DNA from: Promethearchaeota archaeon
GTDB taxonomy: Archaea; Asgardarchaeota; Hermodarchaeia; Hermodarchaeales; Hermodarchaeaceae
Reading direction: 5' to 3'
Assembly: GCA_048938295.1 (NCBI GenBank)
Contig: JBHLMI010000004.1
Location: 90,001 to 122,000 of the forward strand
Length of the DNA stretch: 32,000 nt
Below are positions 8,835-17,425 of the stretch, in pieces. The position numbers were made by a program, and so were the translations under genes. How positions within the stretch are numbered: the stretch's first letter is position 1; each line of letters begins with the position of its first letter. The notes below the pieces were generated by a model that had not been told where the DNA came from, searched no databases, and worked only from the letters and a program-made list of their open reading frames with translations.

Positions 8835-8911
8835 TGGCGGGCCCGCGGGGATTCGAACCCCGGATTTTCGGCTTAGAGGGCCGATGCCTTGTCCAGCTTG
8901 GCCACGGGCCC
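8835..8911 (-). tRNA. tRNA-Arg(UCU), intronless, CCA encoded
   Basis: Reverse complement gives GGGCCCG acceptor / CGGGCCC-G-CCA, anticodon arm TCGGC-CCTCTAA-GCCGA and T-arm CGGGG-TTCGAAT-CCCCG. Confidence 0.95.
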
Positions 8912-9020
8912 AGATGGTGTGAATGAGGATTTCGGGATATTTGCAAGAAACAGCGGGTGGAGCTGGATATATTTTTATCTGTACATCGCATTGTGAGTGT
9001 AGTATAGCGGGTGATTATCG

Positions 9021-9236
9021 ATGGAAACTGATATCTATTCCACAGAGATGGCGTTACGTAGTGGCATTTCTGAGATTCATGTGACTGAAACCAAAACCGT
9101 ACGGGCGCTTTTAAAGGAATTGGGTTTGCTTTATCGACACCATGTAGTTTTAGTCGACGGAAAACGAGCCTATCTAGACGACGAAGTCGCTGAAGGGCAA
9201 CGCGTTATTGTCCTCCCAATCATCGCAGGTGGATAG
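9021..9236 (+). CDS. Ubiquitin-like beta-grasp protein (SAMP/MoaD/ThiS family)
   Basis: 71 aa, VLVDG..LDDE..EG..VIVLPIIAGG with C-terminal diglycine. Confidence 0.88.
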   Translation: METDIYSTEMALRSGISEIHVTETKTVRALLKELGLLYRHHVVLVDGKRAYLDDEVAEGQRVIVLPIIAGG

Positions 9237-9428
9237 AACCACTTCGTCATATTCGGATTATCCCTAATCATTTGAATTTGGGAAATAAACTTCTAACAGT
9301 ATACTTTCAGAGTGTGATTGATGGGATGCTAGTAAGAAATGTTCCTATCGGAAAATCTTTTTAAAACCTTTGAGCATTCGGGTTCATTCCCGTTATTTCG
9401 TTCACGGGCTTGTTGGTGTATTGCTGTG

Positions 9429-10802
9429 ATGAAAAAGACAACTCTGATTCCACTTATGATTTTGCTAGGGTTTCTCCTTCTTAACGCCTTACTTGCTCCT
9501 GGTCTCATTTTTCGAGTGAATGAGCCAGCAAGTAGTCCTCGTTTGAATGTGAATGCACCGCCTACCCCCCAATCAACGCCAGATTGGATTGATGTCTATC
9601 TCGATGCTGAATACACCTTTGATAATGATTCAGTCATCATAAGTTGGACCGGGCGCCCACGTACAAATCAGGATTCGCCTTTCAACTCGTTATACAACTG
9701 GACGAAGGCGGGATATATTGATGGTGGCATTTGGGATGGAAATCCAGGTAATGCAACCATTCATGCTGTTGCGTGGGATAACACGACTACAGCCTCTGAA
9801 GTCAGAGATTTCCTCAACCATACTATGATGACCTATGTACGGTATACGAGTTTCCCATCCTTGAGCATCTTCAACTTCACTGACTATGAGAACCAAACTA
9901 CGTGGGCTTTCGATGATGAAATTGCTTCCCATGAAGAATTCCTGAACACAACCTTCTATCTCGTCAACAACGCGACAGGCTATCTAATGGATGGGTTTAA
10001 CACCACCGGAATCGCAGCAGGTCTCACAAGTTACCGCATACATCTTGAATGGTTTGAGAATGAACCTATTGCCAAAGTAAACTTCACTTATACCATTGCA
10101 AATGTCATCGAAGCCCAAGATGACGCCTTCCTATTTCGACTAGGACGTGCTTTGGGTTTGACAGCACCCCTGAACCTAACAGGACAAGGGCAATTAACCA
10201 TCCATGGTCCGTTCAATCGCGTCTATCTTGAAGGTTCTCCAGAGATAGCGTTTGAAGGAACCGTCTTTCCATTCTATCCAATTGGTGTTGAGGCTTTTGG
10301 ATTTTCAGATGAAACGTCAGAGTTTGATTATACAATTAGGTTCCAGGAAGGATCCTCTATTCTTTCTGTAACTCGTGAGTTTAGTACAACCACAATTAAC
10401 CGAGGAGATCTAATCTCTGTACGAGTGGTTGTGGAGAACACTGGTAACACCATCTTCTCCCAAGCAACTGTGCGCGATGTAATTGCCATTGAAACAGGCG
10501 TTTTCCAACTTGTGAGCGGATTGGCTTCGATGACTGCTTTCAACCTCCAACCCGGTGACAATGTGACCCTCGAGTATTCCGTAATGGCGCTTGCCTCTGG
10601 AGTATATGAATACCCCGCAGTTCAGATTGTGGGAATTGATGTTTTCTCGCAACAGTGTACGTTTACCTCATCAACACAGTCACTTACAATCGGAAATGGC
10701 TTAACACCAAACGAAATCACGCTTATAGGATTGGGAGTAGGCGTCATTATCATCGTCGTTATCCTTCTGATTCTTTACCGATTCCGACGACGTATCTTCT
10801 AG
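9429..10802 (+). CDS. Secreted, C-terminally membrane-anchored surface glycoprotein with a BatD/DUF11-like Ig domain
   Basis: Signal peptide MKKTTLIPLMILLGFLLLNALLA, 13 N-x-S/T sequons, an Ig-like LSVTREF..GDLISVRVVVENTG domain, and a C-terminal TM plus basic tail RFRRRIF. Start moved from 9339 to ATG 9429. Confidence 0.7.
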   Translation: MKKTTLIPLMILLGFLLLNALLAPGLIFRVNEPASSPRLNVNAPPTPQSTPDWIDVYLDAEYTFDNDSVIISWTGRPRTNQDSPFNSLYNWTKAGYIDGGIWDGNPGNATIHAVAWDNTTTASEVRDFLNHTMMTYVRYTSFPSLSIFNFTDYENQTTWAFDDEIASHEEFLNTTFYLVNNATGYLMDGFNTTGIAAGLTSYRIHLEWFENEPIAKVNFTYTIANVIEAQDDAFLFRLGRALGLTAPLNLTGQGQLTIHGPFNRVYLEGSPEIAFEGTVFPFYPIGVEAFGFSDETSEFDYTIRFQEGSSILSVTREFSTTTINRGDLISVRVVVENTGNTIFSQATVRDVIAIETGVFQLVSGLASMTAFNLQPGDNVTLEYSVMALASGVYEYPAVQIVGIDVFSQQCTFTSSTQSLTIGNGLTPNEITLIGLGVGVIIIVVILLILYRFRRRIF

Positions 10803-10925
10803 CGTCTCACACACTTCAAGCAAACTCCAAGTCCTTCACGCAATCCCCAGTTGAGATACTAAGCATGATAGGGGCAAAGTCCTAAAAGCCCAGAGCCCCA
10901 ACATCCATACAGGCGGTCGTTTGAT

Positions 10926-12281
10926 ATGCCACCAGAAGAACCAGCAGGTTATTTGGGGAAAGCCCAAAAAGTCCTAGAGAAATCGAAGGTCCAAATCGGT
11001 GACCGTATATCTATTCAGACCTTGGACAATATCTTCGAGGGTATTGTGATTCCCCGCGCAGAGATTGGTGCCGATGATCAGCACATTGTCTTAAAACTTG
11101 ATTCGGGTTATAACGTTGGTATCCACGTCGATAGAATCCAGCAGCTCAAACGCCTTAAAACAGGGAAACCCGTCGAACCCGAACTTCCAGCGATATCTCG
11201 GAAAATCAAGAAAGGATTGCCCTGGGTGAGTATCCTTAGCACAGGAGGCACCATAGCCAGTCGAGTCGACTATCACACTGGAGCTGTCAATCCTGCATTA
11301 TCTGCTGATGACCTCTATACAGTCGTTCCTGAACTAGGTGACCTGGCCAACATTCGCGCTGATGTGCTCTTTAGCGAGTTCAGTGAGAACCTCACACCAA
11401 AGCACTGGACGACCATAGCCAAACAAACGGCAAAACACCTCGAGGAATCCGAAGGAGTAGTAATTGCGCACGGAACCGATACCATGGGGTACACTGCGGC
11501 AGCGCTCAGCTTTGCCCTCCAGAATCTCCCGCGACCTGTTATTCTAACTGGCTCACAACGTTCATCAGACCGACCCTCCTCAGATGCGGCACTGAACCTA
11601 ATGGGAGCCGTGATAACAGCTTCTCACGCCCCATTCGCTGAAGTCGTCTTGGCTATGCACCGATCACCGGATGATACAAAGATTGCTCTTCATCCTGGAA
11701 CCCAAGTTCGCAAATGCCATACCAGCCGGCGTGACGCCTTCTTGACCATTAACGCTGACCTTCTTGGCGAGGTCTATAATGGTAAAGTACACATGCTGGT
11801 TGATGATTCAGCTTATCGACATCGCAATTCGAAACGGAAACTTACCCTCCAACCAGAATTTGATTCCAAAGTGGCTTTGCTTAAAACCACTCCAGGAATG
11901 ACAGGAGATCTCATAGAGTCTCTCATCGATCGTGGATATCATGGAATTGTGCTTGAAGGAACGGGACTGGGTCACGCCCCTGCCTCTTTACTAAAAGCCA
12001 TAGAAAGGACACGAGAGGAGCAGATACCAGTTATCATGACCTCACAATGCATTTGGGGACGAGTCCAGATGCGTGTGTACCGAACAGGCGTAGAATTAGT
12101 ACAACGTGGAGTGATTTCTGCCGAAGACATGATTGCTGAAACCGCTTATGTGAAGTTGATGTGGGTACTTGCCAAAACTCGAGATATTACCGAAGTGCAA
12201 ACACAAATGAGAGCTAACCTAGTTGGGGAAATCACGGAGTGTTCCAAACGTAGCCAATACGATGAGATGAGCCACCTATGA
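10926..12281 (+). CDS. gatD: Glutamyl-tRNA(Gln) amidotransferase subunit D
   Basis: KLDSGYNVG N-domain; asparaginase motifs TGGTIASRVD, HGTDTM, GSQRSSDRPSSD, HTSRRDAF. Confidence 0.97.
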   Translation: MPPEEPAGYLGKAQKVLEKSKVQIGDRISIQTLDNIFEGIVIPRAEIGADDQHIVLKLDSGYNVGIHVDRIQQLKRLKTGKPVEPELPAISRKIKKGLPWVSILSTGGTIASRVDYHTGAVNPALSADDLYTVVPELGDLANIRADVLFSEFSENLTPKHWTTIAKQTAKHLEESEGVVIAHGTDTMGYTAAALSFALQNLPRPVILTGSQRSSDRPSSDAALNLMGAVITASHAPFAEVVLAMHRSPDDTKIALHPGTQVRKCHTSRRDAFLTINADLLGEVYNGKVHMLVDDSAYRHRNSKRKLTLQPEFDSKVALLKTTPGMTGDLIESLIDRGYHGIVLEGTGLGHAPASLLKAIERTREEQIPVIMTSQCIWGRVQMRVYRTGVELVQRGVISAEDMIAETAYVKLMWVLAKTRDITEVQTQMRANLVGEITECSKRSQYDEMSHL

Positions 12282-14185
12282 CCAAGATCAACTACGAAAA
12301 AGTAGGAGCCCTCATTGGCATCGAAGTCCATCAACAACTCGATACCCGAACGAAGTTATTCTGCAGCTGCCCTACAGAAATCCGAGAGGACAACCCGGAT
12401 TTCACTTTTCTTAGACAGCTACGGCCCACACAAAGTGAACTTGGTGAAGTGGATCCAGCAGCGCTATTTGAATTTCAAAGAGGTCGAGTCCATATCTATG
12501 AATATTATGACGATTCAATCTGTTTGGTTGAACAGGACGAAGAACCGCCCCATCTTTTAGATGAAGAAGCGGTGGATTTTGCCCTCGAAATCTCATTGCT
12601 CATGAATTCGCACCCTGTTGACGAGATACAGGTCATGCGAAAGCTGGTAATTGATGGTTCTAATACAACAGGATTTCAGCGAAGTGTAGTGGTGGCATTC
12701 GGGGGCTCGATCGAGGTGAATGGATTCACAGTTCCAATTCAAACCATCGGAGTGGAAGAGGATGCCGCTCGAAAAATCCGTGAAGACGGCATCCAAACCT
12801 ATTGGCGGCTTGATCGACTTGGAATTCCGCTCATTGAAGTTGCAACCGCTCCAGTAATGAACACGCCCCAACAGGTTCTTGATACGGCCTTGCGTATAGG
12901 TCAGATCTTTCGGGTGACCGGGAAGGTCAAGCGTGGACTGGGTACTATTCGACAAGATATCAATGTCTCCGTGAAAGGAGGCGCCATCATTGAAATCAAG
13001 GGTGTGCAAAAACTCAATCTCATCGGGCAGGTTGTCGAATACGAGGTCCAACGACAGTTGGAGCTGCTCAAGATCCGCGATGAACTTAAAGAGAGGGGTG
13101 TTCGCAGTGTACAGATTAAGAGCATAATTCACGATGTTACTCCTCTTTTCGAACAAAGTAGTAGCAAGGTCATTAAGGCTGCATTAAAGCGGAAGGAAGG
13201 TGTTTATGCTCTTGTACTGCCAGAATTTGCTGGAATCGTTGGAAGAGAAGTACAGCCAGGACGACGGTTAGGCAGTGAACTGGCAGATTATGCCAAGTTC
13301 TGGGGAGGCGTACAAGGTTTATTTCACACGGATGAATTACCAAATTATGGCATCACTGCGGCTGAAGTGGCTGCATTGCGAAAATACTTGAAGGCTCAGG
13401 ATGCGGATGCGATTATCATTGTGGCGGCCACTGAGACGGCATCCAAGGACGCGTTGAAAGCCGTCGCTGAACGGGCACGTCAGGCCTTGAAGGGTGTCCC
13501 CGATGAGACGCGAGGACCACTTGCTGATGGAACCACCCGTTACTCGCGCCCACGGCCTGGTGCCGCTCGAATGTATCCTGAAACGGATGTAGCACCTGTC
13601 GCCGTAACACCAACGCGACTAGAACGAATCCGACAGGGGTTGCCAGAACTCCCCGAGGAGAAGCTACAGAAATTCAGAAAGGAATACCACATGAGTGACG
13701 AGTTGGCAGGGATTATGATTCGTTCCCTGCGTATTGACCTTTTCGAAAATATCATCACCGAATATCCAGAATTAGCCGTGACTGTAGCCGCAACCCTTGA
13801 AACGACGTGGCGGAACCTTGAACGTGAGGGAGTCGATGTTGAGGGAATTCCGGAAAAGCAAATTTTACTCCTCTTTAACCGACTGGCGGCCGAACGGTTC
13901 GCCAAAGAGGCCATCGAAGAGCTTCTAACCTGGTTGGCTCAGCATCCTGAAAAGACTGTAGATGATGCCGTTGCAGCTCTTGGACTGGGAGTTATTTCTC
14001 GCTCTGAGCTGAAAAGCATCATTGACCAAATTGTGAAAGCGAATGCAGCCATGGTGGCTGAGCGGGGGGAAAGAGCTGTTGGTCCATTGATGGGGTTGGT
14101 GATGAAAGAAGTTCGGGGCCGTGCAGATGGAAAGTTAGTAAATAAGCTTCTTCAGGATGTAGTGAAGACCCAGATGAAATCATGA
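12278..14185 (+). CDS. gatE: Glutamyl-tRNA(Gln) amidotransferase subunit E
   Basis: GIEVHQQL, KLFC, IDGSNTTGFQR, EEDAAR, DRLGIPLIE, GLGTIRQDINVS, RMYPETD; ATGA overlap with gatD. Confidence 0.97.
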   Translation: MTKINYEKVGALIGIEVHQQLDTRTKLFCSCPTEIREDNPDFTFLRQLRPTQSELGEVDPAALFEFQRGRVHIYEYYDDSICLVEQDEEPPHLLDEEAVDFALEISLLMNSHPVDEIQVMRKLVIDGSNTTGFQRSVVVAFGGSIEVNGFTVPIQTIGVEEDAARKIREDGIQTYWRLDRLGIPLIEVATAPVMNTPQQVLDTALRIGQIFRVTGKVKRGLGTIRQDINVSVKGGAIIEIKGVQKLNLIGQVVEYEVQRQLELLKIRDELKERGVRSVQIKSIIHDVTPLFEQSSSKVIKAALKRKEGVYALVLPEFAGIVGREVQPGRRLGSELADYAKFWGGVQGLFHTDELPNYGITAAEVAALRKYLKAQDADAIIIVAATETASKDALKAVAERARQALKGVPDETRGPLADGTTRYSRPRPGAARMYPETDVAPVAVTPTRLERIRQGLPELPEEKLQKFRKEYHMSDELAGIMIRSLRIDLFENIITEYPELAVTVAATLETTWRNLEREGVDVEGIPEKQILLLFNRLAAERFAKEAIEELLTWLAQHPEKTVDDAVAALGLGVISRSELKSIIDQIVKANAAMVAERGERAVGPLMGLVMKEVRGRADGKLVNKLLQDVVKTQMKS

Positions 14186-14210
14186 ACCGACGCCTTCAGT
14201 ACCTTGCGTG

Positions 14211-14828
14211 CTAATGAAACACTATGGTAAGCGCAACCAAGAGGATCGCAGTAACGACTCCTGCGAGCGCCATACGTAATCCCCCTGCTATCAGATTCGC
14301 CTTAGCGAAATGACCCATCCACAAGCCTAGAACAAATAGAAATACCATTGTAATAAACACTGAGATGATACCTGCTAACATGAAATCAAAGGGGATAAGT
14401 ATCAGAGGAACTAGGGGAAGTATAGCGGCAGGAATTGGGGCAAATCCGTGAATGAACGACGCCCAGACCGTGGCAAAGCGAACCGCAGAATCCACCATAC
14501 ACCCGTCCAAGGGACGATGCAATTGCTGCTCAAGATTTTTGATTTCCAGCTTCCGTTCCATCCTTTCAGCTTCATAAGCACCCCATCCACTTGAAATGGC
14601 TAAACCTACTGCAGCAGCCAATCCTGCACTAATGAGAATCTTCACGTCCAGTGGTTCAATTATCGCTCCGAATAGCATCATGGCTGCAAGTGCACCTAAG
14701 ACAATGGCAACAATGGTCAGTGCACCATCAAAAGCGCCAATTACGATATAACGGCGAGTCAGAGATCCCAAATCTGTTATTCGCCAATACAACTTCCAGC
14801 ATTGAACCGTTCCCATTGAGTTTGACAT
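14211..14828 (-). CDS. VIT1/CCC1-family transporter
   Basis: RRYIVIGAFDGALT, GAYEAER, multiple TM helices. Confidence 0.85.
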   Translation of the reverse strand: MSNSMGTVQCWKLYWRITDLGSLTRRYIVIGAFDGALTIVAIVLGALAAMMLFGAIIEPLDVKILISAGLAAAVGLAISSGWGAYEAERMERKLEIKNLEQQLHRPLDGCMVDSAVRFATVWASFIHGFAPIPAAILPLVPLILIPFDFMLAGIISVFITMVFLFVLGLWMGHFAKANLIAGGLRMALAGVVTAILLVALTIVFH

Positions 14829-14949
14829 AGCTGTTTACCTGACCTGACATCAAATCGGCTTAAGAAGAAAGTAGTACTAGTTAATAGGTAAGCAATCAGA
14901 AAAAGGTTCAGGGTTTGCGGAAAAATCGAAGAAAGGATCTGAAATCGTG

Positions 14950-16440
14950 TTATAATTCCAACAAGCTTGGTATTTCGATAAGTAAGTGTCGAGTTTGGTT
15001 CCCCGTATTACGGTCCCGAATGGTAACCGTTTCGTCTTCAAGACTCTGCGGGTCAATTGTAACTGCCTTTGGAATTCCGATTTCATCAGCTCGTGCGTAC
15101 CGGCGACCAATTCGTCCACTCGCATCATAGAGAACATCAAGACCTTGACCTCTACATACTGAGTATAATGTTGTCGCCTTTTCTTCCAGTTCAGGACGGT
15201 TCAAAAGGGGTAGGATAACTGCATGATAGGGAGCAAGTTGGGGAGGTAGCTGGAACCAGGTCCATCCTCGCGTTTTATCTTTGGGTCGATAGGTGTGCTC
15301 CAGAATCGCATAGATTAATCGATCAATACCAAATGAAGGTTCAAGGACGTGAGGAATTACTTTCGCCCCTTCAAGGTCATAACTTAGGTCTTTTTGGCTT
15401 CCCACCATATGGGATTTCAAATCATGATCCCGTCGATATGCATTCCCGATGACTTCCTTCCAGCCAAAACTCAAATGGACCTCTAAATCGAAGTTCCCCC
15501 CACTGTAATGAGGAGTCTCCTCAGGCCGCATATGTCGGAACCGAATTGCTTTATCCGGGATGCCTAATAACTTGAAAAATTCTACTTCATCGCCAAGGAT
15601 ACAAGCCATCCACTGATTCGGAACAAACTTCTTTTCGAAGGCTTCCTGGACGCTGATCTGAATCGAAGCAAAATCAGTGGTTGATTGTTCTGCAGCTTTT
15701 TCTTGGTTTTCCCGAGTTACGAAATTTATCGGAACCTGGGCTAATTCATCAAAAAGGGGGCACGCATCCAATTGGTTTGGATCAACGAAATATTCGATTT
15801 CCATTTGCCCGAATTCTCGAACCCGCACTATACTCTGACGTGGTGAAATTTCATTGCGGTAGGAGTGCCCGATTTGAGCCACCCCAAAGGGGAGTTTTGC
15901 CCTAAGAGCTGTTTGGATACGTTTGAATCCCAAGAAAATATTCTGTGCGGTTTCGGGACGAAGAAAAGCCTCACGATGTTCACCACCAACACTCGTTCCA
16001 AACATGAGTCCAAAACGTTTCACTTCGCCTAAGTGATCTCCACAGATGGGACAACGTAGCTTCTTTTCCCGCACAATTGCCTCTAATTCCTCATTTGGCT
16101 TGCCCTCAGCAGGAATTTTCAATCGCTCTTCTATCAACTGGTCAACACGTGTAATGTGACCTTTGGAGCATTCAGCAGAGGGATCAGTGAAATGATCCAA
16201 GTGGCCTGAAGCTTTGAAAACTGGGCTAGGTAGAAGCGTATTCCCACTTACCTCGAAAACGTTATCTCTATTTTCAACGAACCGAGTACGCCAGAGACGA
16301 ATCAGATGATTACGGATTCTAGTCCCAATTGGTCCGAAATCATAGAATCCGGCAAGCCCACCATAGATTTCAGCAGTGGGGTAAATGATACCACGCCGTA
16401 GGGATACGGTCATTACTTCTTCGAGTAGCGAGTTCGTCAT
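14950..16440 (-). CDS. glyS: Glycine--tRNA ligase (alpha2, archaeal/eukaryotic type)
   Basis: EIYGGLAGFYDFGP, LRPETAQ, FRNE-like YRNEISPR, REFGQMEIE, EPSFGIDR, anticodon domain GRRYARADEIG. ATG 16440 preferred over GTG 16449. Confidence 0.96.
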   Translation of the reverse strand: MTNSLLEEVMTVSLRRGIIYPTAEIYGGLAGFYDFGPIGTRIRNHLIRLWRTRFVENRDNVFEVSGNTLLPSPVFKASGHLDHFTDPSAECSKGHITRVDQLIEERLKIPAEGKPNEELEAIVREKKLRCPICGDHLGEVKRFGLMFGTSVGGEHREAFLRPETAQNIFLGFKRIQTALRAKLPFGVAQIGHSYRNEISPRQSIVRVREFGQMEIEYFVDPNQLDACPLFDELAQVPINFVTRENQEKAAEQSTTDFASIQISVQEAFEKKFVPNQWMACILGDEVEFFKLLGIPDKAIRFRHMRPEETPHYSGGNFDLEVHLSFGWKEVIGNAYRRDHDLKSHMVGSQKDLSYDLEGAKVIPHVLEPSFGIDRLIYAILEHTYRPKDKTRGWTWFQLPPQLAPYHAVILPLLNRPELEEKATTLYSVCRGQGLDVLYDASGRIGRRYARADEIGIPKAVTIDPQSLEDETVTIRDRNTGNQTRHLLIEIPSLLEL

Positions 16441-16616
16441 TGAGAACACACACCAATGAAGGAACAGCGCACTATATTAAAGCCTGTCGCGTCAATTCAT
16501 TGTTTTATTCCTTCCTGAATAGGCGCTGTCACCTCAACAGAGTGACGAAACATTTTAAGCAATATGTGGGAGTGGTTAACTAATGCTCACTGAGCGTACT
16601 TACCACGTTTGCCTAC

Positions 16617-17330
16617 ATGTGGGAAAGGTGTAATCACGAAATGTCACAGGAAGAATTTGGACAAATGTACTGGAACGGCGTCCGTGACGCCTTGCGCATG
16701 ACCCAAACGTTCCTATTCTGGAAGGAAAAGAACCCCAACGAGAACCGCACAATTGAAACTTTCATTAGTGAAGCCCTCGAAGCCGTTCGCCAAAAATGCG
16801 CCCCTTGCTTGAAAGAAATCCTTGGTGTGACTTTTGGCGAAGATGAAGCAACAGTCGAAGAAATGCTGCCTGGCCTGCAAGAGATCGAAACCCCAGCTCC
16901 GGAACCTGAACTAGCACCCACCTTCGAACCCGCACCCGAGTTTGAACCAACCCCGGAACCGATTCCAGAACCAATTCCCGAACTTGAACCAGAGCCTGAA
17001 GCTATACCACCACCTGTACCTCCAGTTCCTGAACCTGCTGCAGCCCCTGAAACCATTCCTGAACTAACGCCTATCGAAGCACCATCAGAGCCTGAAGTCT
17101 TTCTAGCCGAAGAACCAGCCCCTGAACCGGAACCAACCTTTGATTTCGGCGAACCTGAACCAGCACCCACCTTCGAACCAGCCCCTGAATTTGAATCCGT
17201 ACCCGAACCTATTGCTCCACCACCTGCTGAACCAGTAGCTCCTGCTCCAGCACCCGCCGAACCAGCTGCCGAAGAAGAACCAGCAGAGGGCGAAGAGGAA
17301 GAACCCAAACGGCGAACCTTCTTCTTCTAG
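16617..17330 (+). CDS. Hypothetical protein: folded N-domain, Pro/Glu-rich disordered linker, C-terminal KRRTFFF tail
   Basis: Open frame with repeated PEPE/APTFEPAPEFE units. The start may be ATG 16641. Confidence 0.7.
   Translation: MWERCNHEMSQEEFGQMYWNGVRDALRMTQTFLFWKEKNPNENRTIETFISEALEAVRQKCAPCLKEILGVTFGEDEATVEEMLPGLQEIETPAPEPELAPTFEPAPEFEPTPEPIPEPIPELEPEPEAIPPPVPPVPEPAAAPETIPELTPIEAPSEPEVFLAEEPAPEPEPTFDFGEPEPAPTFEPAPEFESVPEPIAPPPAEPVAPAPAPAEPAAEEEPAEGEEEEPKRRTFFF
16914..17179 (+). repeat. Intragenic direct repeat (APTFEPAPEFE x2)
   Basis: Exact 17-bp gcacccaccttcgaacc at 16914-16930 and 17163-17179, extending imperfectly on both sides. Confidence 0.85.
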
Positions 17331-17391
17331 CTCCCCACGCTCTATTTACCAGGCGAAGTTCACAACGTTAATGCACATTAGGTTGACTGAA

Positions 17392-17425
17392 GTGAACTAC
17401 CATCGACTGAAGACGATGGCTTCTA
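17392..17425 (-). mobile_element. IS200/IS605 (IS1341-like) right end / 3' part of omegaRNA scaffold of TnpB-1
   Basis: Minus strand GAAG-CCATCG-TCTTCAGT-CGATGG-TAGTTCAC: subterminal hairpin followed by TTCAC, the typical right-end layout. Confidence 0.75.

Noticed and set aside
8980-8985. Single TGTACA upstream of the SAMP-like gene (others at 22621 and about 27427)
   Set aside because: Isolated hexamers are expected by chance and lack the 9/21 array, so they are not counted as operators.
9339-9428. N-terminal 30 codons of the 487-aa ORF
   Set aside because: The signal peptide begins at ATG 9429, and the upstream part contains a TATA-like element.
16900-17290. Repeats in the Pro/Glu-rich gene as a CRISPR array
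   Set aside because: They are in-frame, degenerate at third codon positions and irregularly spaced, so they are protein repeats.
16634-17308. 224-aa Gly/Ser-rich antisense ORF
   Set aside because: It is the mirror of the Pro/Glu codon repeats on the + strand.
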